Source of the DNA: Ascidiella aspersa
Taxonomy: Eukaryota
Assembly: GCA_963924565.1 (NCBI GenBank)
Contig: OZ004609.1
Location: 6,262,001-6,326,000, forward strand
DNA length: 64,000 nt
Direction of reading: 5' to 3'
Below, one piece after another: positions 39,125-54,100 of this stretch. The first letter of the stretch is position 1, and the number at the start of each line of letters is the position of its first letter. The translations under genes were made by a program, and so were the position numbers. Below the pieces are notes generated by a model. That model was not told where the DNA came from. It made no database searches and saw nothing but the letters and a program-made list of their open reading frames with translations.

Positions 39125-42100
39125 TTAAAACGACTCATCCCATCCGTGAGTGGCCGACTCGAGGATCTCACGGTCTTCACGCTCATCTCCCAAATCTTCT
39201 ACGCAACGATCAAAGTTCTTGGTGTCGGTGGGGCTCTTCACCTGGGGCTTGATGGGTGAAGGGATGCGGTTGGACCGCAACCCCTGCCAGTCAAAACCCT
39301 GGTACCAGCGATGCTTGCGAATATCGTTGGAGCCTCCCTTCTGGTACCCCAGTCTATCTCGAGGCTCCAGCTTGCAAAGGGCTCGGATCAGCAACTGGAA
39401 TATTTCAAGAGCAGCGTGTTGAAAAGATCGTTTGAAACACATAACCACACTAATGTAGGGATAGATGACAGAGCCAAATCATTTGAATTCAATAGGTCGG
39501 GAAATCTTTAGTTTGTAGTCGGCCCGGGTTAGAAGCTTTGCATGAATATGTTTTCAAAGTAAAGAGATTCAACATTATATGTATGTATATATAAACTGAA
39601 GCTAAGATGCGGCTTAAATTTATAGATGGTCAGCATTGGCTTAAAAAATACGCCAAAGTCTACTACTTTTTTTGGAAACTTACGTCAGAACCGTACGAAC
39701 ACAGAAAATATGAAGGAGCTTAAAGATAATTGTTATACTTCATTTAAATCAGAATCAGAATACAAAAGCGAAAAAAACCAAGAAAATACTGACCACCTGA
39801 GCGCATTCTGAACTGCAAATTAATTTTGGTAATTCTGACTACCCTTACGAGTGCTAGAAATACGAAGACGGATAAACACCTATTAAATTCGGTGTTAGCT
39901 ATTGCTCTACTCGCAGAAAAACATCGATCTGAGATAATTACGTTCCTTTTAAAATTTTAGATTAACAACTTCTTTATCGGTTCAATTTTGATAATGTGTT
40001 TACATTGAACATATATTTTGTATAGCGTGATGGTGTCAGTTAGCGTGTTTAACAACTTATCGACACGTGTTCAATCCTTGAAATTATGTTTCAAAAATAA
40101 AAACAACAGCATGGTGCGCCGAAAACATTTTTTTCCAAAAACGGAAAACACATTCTTGATTGTATTTTTACCTCGGCGCTTCGATGAACGCGCTTGGAAA
40201 ATTTAACGCCGTCGATGCCGCTGAGGATGTTCTCATACACCGACATGTCGTCTGACGCATAGAAGGGAGTGGAACGTGTCAGCAGCTCGTAGATGAGGAT
40301 GCCGAACGACCACCAGTCGGCCGCGAAATCGTGACCTGTATAATAAAAAGCAACAAAGTGTAAGTGTGATCTTAGCTACACGTGACACAGTACTGTAGTT
40401 TCTTTTCCACACGGATTGATCGATAACTCAGATTGAAAGAATAACAAAAAAAAATGCAAAAAAAAACGACGTGTAGTTGGTTTATGACGCCCCTAAATAA
40501 GGCCAGTCGTATGTAAAAGCGCCACAATCACAACACTAAAGTATGGATGACAACAAAAAGACAGGGCCACAAAACACAGCAGTTTCTTTAGTTCCAAGCG
40601 AAGTGCTAAATTATTTGAAATTAAAGATCCCAAATAGTGCAAAAAACGACGGATAATCGTTTTAAGACGCCGGTAATCAGTCAGCCGTTATTTAAGAGCG
40701 CAACAATCACAAGACTGAACTATGGATGACAACAAGTAAATCAGGGTCCGATAGTGGATTGGGTAAGGCTCCAGGATTTTAAATTTCTTCTTGTAGGCTT
40801 AACCAATTATTAAAAATCACAGTATTTGTCATTTAGTCCTGTTCTTAATTTTACAATTAATTTTTTTTAATTTTAAATCACAAGACAAATATGTTGTTCA
40901 TTTTTAATCTACAAAACTTATTTTTTAAAATTAGTATTGCAAACAGGGCACTTTGAAAAATGTGCTATTAGCAGGTTAAGCACAAATAACTTTATATGAT
41001 TATCAAAAAAATAAATATTACGTCAAGCAATAATTAAACAAATTTTGTTTTAAAGGTCTAAAACACAGACAGTTGCAATTGCGGTTAGCAGTACGCTTGG
41101 ATAATAAACCTGGTTTATTTTCTAAATTTACATTACAGTTTTTTTTTGAACTGCAACAAGATTAAGTTCTATAATTATAAATGACTCACAATTCATGAGT
41201 TATAAAATTTGAACAAATTAATTACTCTTTTCTTAATTTTGTTCTGATTTTCCAATAAATAACAATAAGAGTTTAAAAGTTTTAAATAACTCTTTCGGAT
41301 TGTTACCTCTACTTCTATACATCGGCTTTGATTTTCTTACTATAAGTCGAACCTCCAGCAATATGGACTAAAAATCGTACTTACATGCTACCAAATAAAA
41401 CAGAAAGATACAGTTCATGCATATGATAAAATACCACAACCAACCTGTGTTGCCCAGAATTTCAGGAGGAAAATATTCGGGTGTGCCACAAAATGTCCAC
41501 GTTTTGAAGCCGAAACGGATCCGCTTGGCAAAGCCAAAGTCGACCAGTTTCACGTATCCCCTGTTCAAACACATACAATAGTATTAATTTGACTCTGTTA
41601 AAAATGAAAAGGTGTTATTTGAAACGTTTAAAATGATACCTATTTCTATGGGCTTGGTATTCTTACTACGTCTTACTACAACCTCCAATCATTACCATTT
41701 TTTTTACAAATTTACAGCCTTTTGACTAGGGATGTTCAAAGTAGAATCCAACGGTATTCTAGAATAATAGGTTTCGAATGTAGAATAACGAATCCAGAAT
41801 AGCGAATCCTAGTATATTTTTAATAAATTATTTATCCTCAATTTTGTTCAGGGAAGGGATTAATCTTAATCTACCCTACAGGGCCACAAACAATTTGCTA
41901 ACACGTGTACATTATAAAAAAAACTCTTTTGACTAACATGATCTGTTATGCAGTCAAATAATGTACTGCAAAGAATACAAAGTTATTATTGACATAACGA
42001 ATTCTTGACAATTACGTTGTGCATAACTGCATACCTTCACTGAATATTGGCCTAAAGTTGACCTTAAGTAACCCCATAGCGCATTTTGTGGACGGCCAGC

Positions 42101-45100
42101 ACGTTTTGCAACGCTATGTTACTTTTGCAACTTAACGCATTTAGGGAATTTGCGAACTCCACACCAGACATTACACGTTAGAAGCTCGCCCAATAACGCT
42201 TGATTGACACTTAATTATTAGACGAACGTTATTGCGAGACGCGGCAATTGGTCGCCCGAAAAATCGCTGACACTGCACTACGAGGTTACATTTAAAGCAA
42301 GCACTATAAATTGGTCGCCGCGGCGACAGGCCTACTTACCACACGCGTTTGTGCAATTAGGCGCGACAATCGGCGGTAAAACATTAAATTATATCGGTTC
42401 CAATTACCCGAAATAAACGGCAGAATTGGATTCGAATCCAGATGGGATTAGGATTCGATATTCTACTTTGAGCATCCCTACTTTTGACTTAATTGCAGCA
42501 ATTTTTTACTGTGAAAATGAAAATTATAGTAATTACTAAAAACATTACTCAAAATCAATCAACCTCGTTAAATCTTTATTTCCATAAACAGCGCGATAAA
42601 ATGTATTAGTTGTTTTTTTTGTATTTGGATGGTTAACCTTTCAACTGTAAATCACCACATTCGAGACGTTCGTTTAAAATGAGTTTTTTAAATTGATTAT
42701 TGTCACAAATTAGTATCTAACGCTTGTATTTAACGTCTTTTCCTAAATACGTTAAACTTGTGTTGTAGTAGACGACAAGCCGCCTGTAGTACGTCACAAT
42801 AACTCAAAAGTGATATGATGATTATTGCAATAAAGCAAAGTTGCGAAGTAAACACGTGTGTTTTTTGGGCGACTGAGAAACCCAGCAAAAAGCGAAATCA
42901 ATGGTTAACACTTATGGTTATAGGCTAAAGCATCGAAGTTAATCCAAAATAGCGGGAACATTATTGTATTCGTGACAATTAAAATAACTCAAGAAAAGAT
43001 GTAATTCAACAAGGGGATCTTACGTGTGGTCGATCATTAGATTTTCCGGCTTCAAGTCCCTGTACACGATTCCTCGCTCGTGAAGATAAGAGAGTGCCTC
43101 GAGCACACATCCCGAGCAGAACTTAGCGGATTTTTCGTCGAACGGTCCTTTCCGCTTGAGGGCGCCGTATACCTCGCCGCCGAGGTAGGCTTCCAGCAGC
43201 ATGTAAACACGCAACTCGTCTCGGTAGGTTCTGAAAACATGCGCAATTTGCTTTTTACTTTGACATTACATGCTGCGGTTTAGATATATAATTCATATAA
43301 AATTTTCTGCGTTTTCAACAGTCACAATTTTATCAATGCCATGTTATATTTTCCGCGCTTTAAGCGATGCAGATTTATTGTTTTATAACTTCACATTATG
43401 ACGTATCTCTTTAACATCAAACCTGAAGAGTGTTTCGGCCCTCAGGAAACAAAACTCCTAAATCCGCCCCTGCTTGTATAACGCTTTTTTGTAAATCAAT
43501 TCTATTGGAGAGTTGTTCTAGTAATAAAATGGCAACTCGTTTATCGAATATCAGCAGTCGGTTAATAGTCGCTGCATAAAACAACGATTCGAGTTTATGC
43601 TTGCATATTCTTACAACAGCTGGTTATTTTAGGCATGTGGGTTCAATATGTGCGGAGGCGGTTGCTTTGCTTACAGTTATGATTAATAAACAGGAAATCA
43701 TGGTATTGTAAGCGTCCACAGAGTTATTTCGTTGGGTTCACTAGCAGTTATTACTGACAGAAAAACATGATTTTTTTATATTCGCTAGAGCGCAAATCTA
43801 TTTTCGTGTTGATTGAAAGTCGATCAACTTTCGAACAATTATTCGGGGTTTTAACAAAGCCCTCTAACTGATCTGACTTGTAATTAAACTCACCTTAAAC
43901 TATAGATTAATTGCGTAAGGTTTTTGGAACAAGCCTAAATAGGAATAACAAAGTCATTCTAAAATGATATTAAAAATATGTCGAAAAATCGATTTAAAAT
44001 AGCGACAATTTATTAACCCACTGGGCTTGGCAACTCATAATAAAACTATAGGCGTTAAATAGGCCATTCTGACTTTCGCAAAACAGAAGAGTTTGTTTTA
44101 AAGGTAAGCTATTATACAAAAAGCAAGTGGAAATGTTAAAATCGCGAGTAGTCCCATTGTAAAAAAACGTTTTTTATCATCCCTATAGTCACAAGATTAA
44201 CACAGACAAAAAAAAACGACTCGCCAGTTAACGGTTACCTGTACAATCTGCCGATAAAGTTGGACTTGATCGACAGCAGGATATTCTTCTCTGCCAGAAC
44301 GTGCTGCTGCTGACCTGTCTTGATAATCTTCGCTTTTCGGATCGACTTAAGAGCAAATGCTCCATTTGATACTCCCGGAACCTTAACCAGCTTGACGCAG
44401 CCGAAACCGCCTTGGCCGAGAATCGCCAAGACCTGCAATAATGTTCATTAAATAGTTTCGTTATTACAGTGGATCTGAGCGTTTAGCAGAACCACAAATT
44501 TCAATTTCCCCACGTAATTTAAAAATCTATTACCTGCAATTTAGTAATGATCAAACAACGCCAGTTGGACCTAATCAAATGCAATGAAATGAATCTTGGA
44601 AGTTTTTTTATAATGGATACTGCTTTTGTTAAAAGTTATCTTTGATGAAATAACACACATATAAATATTTGTCAAAATTACAGCCTCGTGGTTATATATA
44701 AATAGGTTCAGTGTCGGATTAACTAAGTGCGGTGCCTGTAGAAGATTGATTTGATGTACAAATAATGACCGGGATTTACATTCTACAATTTTTGTTGTGC
44801 GACTGGGAAACCAAGCTGAAAACTTAGAGTTAACACTTCTGGGTATACAGGCTGAAAAACGTTGAACAAAGTACCGGGCACATTATTGTGACTGTGACTG
44901 CATTCGATCAAGGCACTGCTTATAGCGGAAACTACTGTTTTTTAAAGTTTACAGACGTTGGGATAGGTAATCTTACAACTATAATATTCAAGCCAAAAAT
45001 TACTTACTAACTATGTTTTTTGCAAAAAAAATATTTTTGTTCACCAAGCGCGGGGCCAGTAGCAGCTGCTACATCTGCGACTGTGTTTATCCGACCGTGG

Positions 45101-48100
45101 AAAAGTTAAGAGCTACTAAGTTATACGTAACATATATAGCTGTTTGCTAGCGGGCTTAGTGCGAAGATACTTTGCCCATTAGAACAAAGCCGAAGTTCAT
45201 TCAAACAACAGGTTTGTAAGAAATTAGAAAAGTAAGTTTAGGAATAATAAGAAAAAGTCCAAAGGTTAATGAAATCCAATCTAATCAAGTTTTGGGAATA
45301 TTGTGCCAAATCTACGCAATTCGATGTATTGGCCGATATTAATTTTCTAATTTGAGAAATGGCTGATGATTGTACACATAGGGAAAACGTTTGCCTTGAA
45401 TTACTACAAACCAGCACCTAGTTTTAAATATGGCAGTAGACAGATCTACAAGCAAATAGACAGTACGCTAAGTGGAATCGGTAACTTTAAGTACATTGCA
45501 CCAAAAATGTAATTTAGTCTTGGTCATTTCCCTATACTTGCCGAATTAGCAGCAATCTGTTTCAAGTCATAATGAAATCTGCTTTCCTACATAAATGTGT
45601 TTTTCTCAGTTTTATTCTCAATAGCTTGAAATAAGCATTCAGCTAAAAAGCGTAATTCAGTGTGAAAATAATCATAGAAAAAACAAACATGCTACTCGCT
45701 ATCGTATTTCATAAATCTTGTTCCAATCAATCAATCGACTGAAAAGAAGACATTTTTTCAAATAGATTAGGCGTAATCACGTGATATCATTCATGCGCAC
45801 TTAACTTATAAAAAAGGTTTTGTGGTCTTTATCCGTGTGTTTACTCTACATAGGTCTACGTTTGTCGTTTTTAATTTGCTGGCGGATTACAACAATACAT
45901 GACTCTGCGCTTTGATCGCTGCGCTGTAAAAACACGCTGATAACACAATCACTCAGGACCACTTACGCGAAACCAAAAGAGCGGTCTAAAATCACTCGGC
46001 TTTGAGAGATTGCTTGTTACAACAAGCGCGAAACTTGAAGTTGCAAAAGATAACGAATGGCATTCATTCGCGAATAAATAGAAAAGGAAAATAAAAATTC
46101 CCATTTAGGCCCACGAGAAAGCGCGTCTTATCGCTACTGAATACAATCGCCTTAGAGTTGTGTCGATGAAAATCAACACGTAAAGGCAATATACATTGTA
46201 CAATGCGTGCGACAAAATGGTTGCTTGTCATTTGTCAGGTGTGATACAGTTTACAATCAATCGATCATGTGTTACTGGCCTTACGTCGCTCACGAGGTTA
46301 TAAAAACGATGGAGCAAAAAAACTTTAGCCTCACAAATGAAATCGCAAATGTCATTGTCGTTCGCGGCTAAGTAAATACATTTCTATAGTGTATTTATTT
46401 GGACTCACCGCGAATAGGAAACTATTTTATGTTTGTTGTTGTAGTCCGCGTGTTTTTTGTGTAACGCGTCTTTGGCGTCATCAATCAACGGCGCTGCTTA
46501 AGTGATTTTTATGCCTTTTACGAGTAATCCAATACCCTCTTCTACCACAAAACAAAGAATTCTTACCTGAAGGTTTTCGAGATGTGTGTTCTTTATTATT
46601 GCTTCGGTTGATCTGCTTGGTCGAGTGGTTATCGTGATACGAACAACCTTTTCGGTTGGCTCCTGCAGCACATATTCTTCATCTGCAATTTATTTATTAC
46701 ATGTTTAGAACATGTGTTTTTTTACGATTTTAAACGTCAGATAGGTAAGTCTTCCGTAAATATACAAATTGTAATGTGGGATGCATTAAAATCTCAGCCA
46801 TTGTGGGGACTCGACCAAGTCTAGTCCAGACGCGGATAAAGAAATTTTGTTTTGGGGTGGTCATTTTTCGGATATGACGTCACAAAGGTACATCGAAAAT
46901 TGAAGCCATAAAAGTAACATTATAAACGCCACACAGTTCAAGTTTTAGAATTGGACAGTTGTTCATTTCAACAAAAAAGCTACAATGGTGTTATCCTGTT
47001 GCGCAAAACGCCGTTATATCTTTTGAGTTGCGCAAAATTCCTTTTCAAAGGTTCGGTTGGACACACGGCGCTTTTTTGGATCACCCAATTTTGAATTGAG
47101 TCAAGATATACTAAGTAGAAGAATAACCAGATTCGCGTGTAGCTAAAAAAATGCATTTACCTAATTAAAATGGGCAACAAATTCATTTTTTTGGAGAATG
47201 GTATGGCTGCCTGCCCGCTTTGATCCGCTCATGGTCGTAGTCTTATAGTTTTGGGATTACAAAGGTAGGAAGTTTGATATTGAATATTTGCAAATCTTCT
47301 TTAGTTATGACTATTTAATAAAGCTGGAAAGAAAATCCTATACCTTCATCGGGTCCATCTTCTTCCGTAACGGACGGTAGCTCTCCGTCGACCACTGTTT
47401 CTCCAACTGGTGAAATGCTCTGCTGAGACGGCGAGCGGACGAACTGCGAGAAACAACCGGTGAGTAAATGACTTCGGTCACTGTTTAAATATACGAGCTT
47501 AGTGGATTTACAAAATAACGAATAGTTTACAATAAGAACTATTGAGATAAAGGTTAGCTCGATAATGGAGCAAAAATTAAACAATTCAAAACTTTTTGGA
47601 AAAATTTAGGGTTTTCAAAGGTTTTTAAAATAATTTTTTGACGGGCAAATTAATTGCAAGACTTTTTGTATAACCACAGTTTGTTTCAAAGATTTTTTAT
47701 TATACAAATCAATCCAAAAACATTCAAAGGCTGTGGTTCACTATATCCTTATGTTTAATGTTTGTATTTGCTTATTGTTACAAATCAATAAAAGAGTCCT
47801 GTACGTTTAACAGTCATTATTTTTGATGCGTATGAACTCACGTGGATGGATTAACTTGATTTGCTGAATACGTGTTGATTTTGGACTATAGGAAATTCAA
47901 AGTGACTAGAGATAAATGGACATTAGAATTCCATCTGAATTATTAAACGGATTTTTGCACGCGAAAACCGCGACGCGATTTCGGCGGTGGAAAATATAAC
48001 ACGCGAGGACACCTTTTTGCTCCCCAAGGCCCTCTATCATAATAATCCCCTGATGGGCTGAGTGAAATCAGTAGGTGACAACGCTTTCATAGCAAATTGT

Positions 48101-51100
48101 GTCATTTTTTAGGCTTAATATGGTTCTAACTATGTGTTGACGATTATCGGTTTTATTGGGTTAAGTAAATACCACTCAACTATGGCAAAAGATTTTTGCA
48201 GTAAAACAAATTGTGACTCGCCACAACCTATAGTTATTTGTCCCATTCCTTTAACTCTGTCAGAAATCCGTTTTTTTTTGGAGGGAAGAGCGATAGTAAA
48301 ATATAAGTTCTAGCAAATATGGCTTCGTAAAGTGCAGTTAAGCGTTGTGTTGTACTTTGAAACACGTATACGTTGTTGTCTTTATCAAATATTTAATCGC
48401 TCAGGTGCTCAATAGGTTTTCTTGTGTGAAAAAGCTTTGTCCGAATTTGGCAATCTTGTCCCTTCTTACAATAATGGGCCTTCTTGCCTAATCTTGCGAT
48501 TTCTTAAAATAATAGCCATAACGTTATCAAAGTACTCATCGCAGTAATTTAATTTAAAAAAAATTGAAAAATTATAAAGAAGAGAAAAGAATAGCAATTA
48601 AGGTTATTTTATAATCTTTAATTCAAGGTTGCAGAAGCAGTTAAAAGAGTTTTTATGCACAATTGTGATATATTTACATCAGCGAGTGATCCGAGCAATG
48701 AGTTGAAGGCAAGTCGATCGAGCATTAGAAGCACAAGATCGGTCTCCGCAATGACGTTTGCCGCTCTCTTATCCTCTGTCAGCAAAGCACGTTCGCCAAA
48801 GTACTCGCCTTTGAACAAAAACTCAATAGTATAGGTATAATGATAGTATTACCAGCTTGGCCACCGGAAGACCTATTCAAATTGTGAAGAATAGTATAAA
48901 CAAAATTAGCACCTAACCGTAGTGCTAAAATTGAATATGATTAAGCTTATAATGTACAACAGTTTAACAGAAATACATATCACTTTTCGTAATTACATTA
49001 TGGTTTCGATAAGATGTTAGAAGAAGCTTAATGTAACAGTAGTCTGAGCAAAACTGTACCGTGTTATTAGGATTGGCAATCAATAAGATTTTATTTAACG
49101 TTAAAAACAGAAACTAAAAGAGCAGTTACCGTAGGCTTTTTGTTTGACCATTTTGTTTAGAAGTACGGTACCACGCCAGTGTTGCAGTGACTCAAGTCAT
49201 TGACTTGACTTACATACACTTAAGTCATTGTTTTCAAATGGCTTGACTTAAGTTTTTCATGAAAATGAGTTTACTTGACCTAAGTTTTTTAAACAATGAC
49301 TTGGGCTAAAATGATATGTTTTGATTACTTTCTTTCTTAATATTTTTTGCACATGAAATACAATTTTCGTTTTTGTTGTGCTTTATTTGAATTATTGCTC
49401 ATAATCGGACAAGTTTGCCAATTTTTTAAGTAACAGTTCATTTTGTATTACAAGGACTTGACTATAGGAGTTCACTTGGTCTAATTATGTCTTGACTTGT
49501 TGTTTATTCAAAGCTTATTGAATTGGAATTTAGTTGAAAATTACAACAAATGGAACGCGCGAGGTGGACCTAAAGCTTAGCTATAATTTAATTTCAAAAT
49601 GCATTTTGAAAGACAACCGTAAATCGTTTTGTTAAAATATTCCATTTAATATTTACATGGTGAACGCATTGCTAAACAAGCGGTTGGAGAGACCATGGTG
49701 TTGACACGTTCATTGTAATTTGTCGACATAAAAACATGGCTCAACAGTACACGTTGAATGATAGAGGCCAATTTCTATTTGTACAATGAACCAAGCTCTG
49801 TTATAGCGGGCAAAGCGGCAAAGCAACTACATGACAGATTGTACAATAGGGTATTGGTATTATCAGGATGGTATCTTTCTTTTGACGTAAATCTGAGCGC
49901 CGTGTTTTCTTGCGGATAAACGATGGGAAGAATGAGTGTGACGTAAATGCACGACGCATTTTAACCAAGATCTTGTACGTTTTGTGAAACTTAGCTAAAA
50001 CGGCCTCATAAAGGAAGTAGATAGAGTTTGCGATAAACTTTCCTACGTTCGCTATGGAATGCAAATAGGAGATGACAGTGAACAATCGTCAATATAACGT
50101 CACACGCTTAAAAGCACTTAAAATTGGCTAAACACGTGGCTGTAAATTCATATTTTTATGAAGTGCAACTTCCGCTATCACATACTTTAAGTTTGCATGT
50201 CTATATTCGATAAATAGCACGTTTGAACAGTCAAGGCGAACGGAAGGTACGACGAATTGTGCTATGTAAACGCGCACCGTTCGTTAAAAGGCAAGATATG
50301 TTGCTCCGCAAACACAAATGATAGCGGTTATTTACGCAGCGGATTAGTTAACCGCGCTTCTGACGCTAATCCAATACACAGTATCGTAAAATAAACCTCC
50401 GTAGTTCAGAGGTATGTGGATTATTCGCGATGGATTATACGTTTGAGGTCAATTTTTATTGCGTAGCGAAAGTAAATTTTAACCGTTATTTCGTAAACAA
50501 TTTATAGCAATTACACACAAATCACTGAAATTGAGAAAAAATATTTTTGAAAAGCAATCATCGCGAAGGTATCAGTAAGGAATACAGTCATTGGTGAGGT
50601 TATAGTGCATAGTGTATTTTTAACCAGCAAAGTTTTATAAATAATTTTCAAAGGGTATAGTGTAGCTAACTGCAGGGGATTTGGTTCACAAGCTGAACTG
50701 GCGAAGATAGAAACGTTTGATAAACGGAGGTTGGTCATGTGCTTGGGAACTTTCTTATGGACGAGTGAGTTGCCTTCTATATTTCCTGCCAAAGTCGTTA
50801 GGCCTACAGAGTATTATTCATCATTGGTGAGGTTATAGTGTGGTGTGTAAACTGACCATTTTGTAAAGGTAAGCACAAACACGCCGTCCGTCTGTAGTAT
50901 TGATTTAATGGGCGTTCAACCTATATTAGGCCGCCAAATGTAAAAAGGTGCAAACTCATCCGTTTACAAAGTAAATTGCGCCTAGAATAGGCTAATCTCC
51001 ATTACCAGGATTACAAAAAATGCTGGACGCAATAACACAGCAATGTATGCAAAATAGTATATATAATCGATAACCAAACTTGCGTATAAACATACTATTA

Positions 51101-54100
51101 CTAGTGTAAAAACACAACTTCTAATAAAATCGGAAAGTTATTTCTACAAGTGCACCTGGTGAAAAATATAGATAAACTAAGACTACATCAATACACGTGG
51201 TATTTTGTCTCAGCGTAGATTGGTTGCCTACGATAAATACATCCAAATCAGTGGATATTAAAACATCACTATAGCAGGAATTTAATAAGGCTGTAGATTA
51301 CAGTTGTGTACACCAGTGTTTCTTAAAGTGGTGAATGGTTCACCCCAGGGTGAACAAAATTTTTGCAGGGGTGAACCAACCGAAAGGGGTGAATAAGGGT
51401 GAACGAAAGTTCAGGAGCATCCTATATTCACTACAGTAAACAACTTTCTGAAGCAAATCTAAGAAAAAACCTGTTGTTTTTTTGCTTATCGTAATAGTTA
51501 AGTTGGTTTGCACTGAGTGTATGAGTTAGGCCTACCATATGTCGTCTCTTTTAGAAGGATTTGTCCCCTTTTCTTAAAAAAACTGAATGGTCCATCGAGG
51601 ACGCTCAAAAATGCCCAAATGTCCTATTTTTTCGCATCTCGAGTTAGTTGCTTATACTTCTAACAAGACTTTTAGGCGAGAGATTGTATTTATTTCCCAA
51701 AATACTTAAGCCATGAAATATGCTGAATTGCTGGTTTGAAAAGGGTTTCTAGGGGGGCTCCAAGCAATTCGTAGGGGGGGAGGCGAGCTCTAAGTTAATA
51801 TTTAAATTTTTTGCTTTGATTGTAATGGTATCGTTTTCGTTTTGGTTGTACACCACTCCTACAGCGCTGTACAATCTGTGCTTTAACATTAAAATTACCA
51901 AAAAAAATTTGCGAATCTTCTGTTATCTATTTGTGTTTACTTTGTTGAGCAAAAAGTCTCTTTGAGTGCCATTCCATGTTTTCATATCATCTAAGGTATA
52001 ACGGCCCTATTTAATTATAATTTTTCTAACTTATAGATAAACGATAAAAGTCATCCACCGTTCGAACTATTTTTTATCCATATTTTATATAATTAGATAA
52101 CAGGCTAGCAACAGGGGGACGAAATGTTTTGCGAAAAGCCTCCTGATTTTACAGTATATAGCGTCAATTCAACCAATTAAATCCTTTTTGTTCGCGCTTA
52201 GCGCGACCGACGACAAAATACACTATTTTTTTTAGTTGTCCCAGAGATATTTAATTGAAAATTCTTTTTTTCGTAGGGGTGCAAGTCATAAGAAAATTAC
52301 AAAGGGTGCCGCTGCTGACAAAATGTTGTGGATATGGCACGTATTTCTCAAACGTAACAATTCTATTTTCGCTTTACTTGCAGGCAAAAAAATGTCCTCA
52401 TTTTGGGTGCTAAAAATATGGAAGCCTTAGTAGAAGTACAACAATTTGGTGACTTTGTTTTGTGCTTTTTTAGCTTTATATTCCTGGACTCGAGAAATTG
52501 TAGATTTACAATGGTAAAACTTAGCTTAAGTTGATTTTAACAAAAATCGAAACAACCTTAAGTCATTTTGTGCTGTTATATATAGACGAGATAGTTTTAT
52601 CATATCATGAGACAAGGGTGAATGAAATCTGGAGATAGATGCTAGGGGTGAACGAGACTAAAAAATTAAGCACTGGTGTACACCACACAATGTCTCGGTG
52701 TAATTTTCTTATTTAATGTTTTAGCATAATAAAATTTTCGCCGATTTATCAACCACTTTTTGTATGTAACACATTTAAGACCCGGTTTTTGGAAACATCA
52801 TGCTCAACATGCTTCTTTTCCATTTACCTGTTGCGAGATGACAAATAAATTCTTCTTTGTGTGCCTTTCCTTTACCAAGCGATTCCTAGAATTAAAAAAT
52901 GAAACATTAAACAAAGTTCAGTATTGGTTTTATTTTTGTTAAATTATATGCTGAAAAGTGAAAACGGTACAAATTGGATTTAAATATTACACAACACACC
53001 GGGTTAAGAGTAAAAATAACCGGGTTTCGAGTAGAAATGAAATAAACCGGGTTTCGAGTAGAAATATCTAATCACATCGTATCGCAGAGTCAAATGAGAT
53101 TGATTTGTTTTTTCAATGTTATGTGTATCATTCAGTTGAGTGGAAACACTCTTATACCCCTTATTATTCTAGTAGTTTTAGCGCACACAACTGTAATCCA
53201 ACAATCCAAAATAAACTATTGCAGGACAAAAAGGACTGAAATCACAAACGCAGGTAGTACACCACACGCTTTTTGTTTGGCCTGGCGTTGTTTGCAAAGT
53301 ATCGTTTTTAATCGAGAAGACAATGAATCTAAACAAACACACAAGTTTCCGGAACAAAATACAAAGAACTATAATAACCTCTTACGAGTTGCAAAAGACA
53401 ACTTGCTCGCATTATTGTTCAAAACAGACCTTTTGAAAATACAGTGTTGTCATTGACTTGCCTTAGGTGCCCTTAAGTCACTGTTTTCAAATCACTTAAC
53501 TTGACTTAAGTCTTTTGGGAAAAATGACTTGGGTTAAAATAAAATGTTTTTATTAAGCAATTATTTCTAAAAATAGGTTATTTAACTAAATTTTCGCACA
53601 TAAAAAAATACTTGCTATATGTTGCGTTTGTGTTAATTGTTCTTTGGTTAGTGCGCTTCTAGTCGGACGAGTATACCAGTTTTAGTAGTTTAACGTTTTA
53701 TTTTGATGACAAGGACCTGATTTGGAGTTGACTTTCACTAATTATAACTTGACTGGGTCTCGACTTGTGCAACCGATGACTGTGACTGGGACTTAAGTTA
53801 TTTCACAAATGACTTGACTGGGACTTTAGCCATTTCAAAATGACTGTTTACAACACTGTGAAAAAAATAACTGAATAGAAAGAATATGGACCGACCTGGT
53901 TTTGAGTGACCTTGACCCGACCTTCGAGTATGATGTAGAAGCTATCGCCGACGTCACCCTGTCTGATGACGTAATCGCCCTGGTGGAACTGGACCTCTTC
54001 CACGCAGTCGGCGATTCGCAGCACTTTGTTGTCGGAAAGCGACTTAAGTTTGTCGACTGTTTTGAGAAGCCGGACGTATTCTTCCCGTTTTTGCTGGCCG

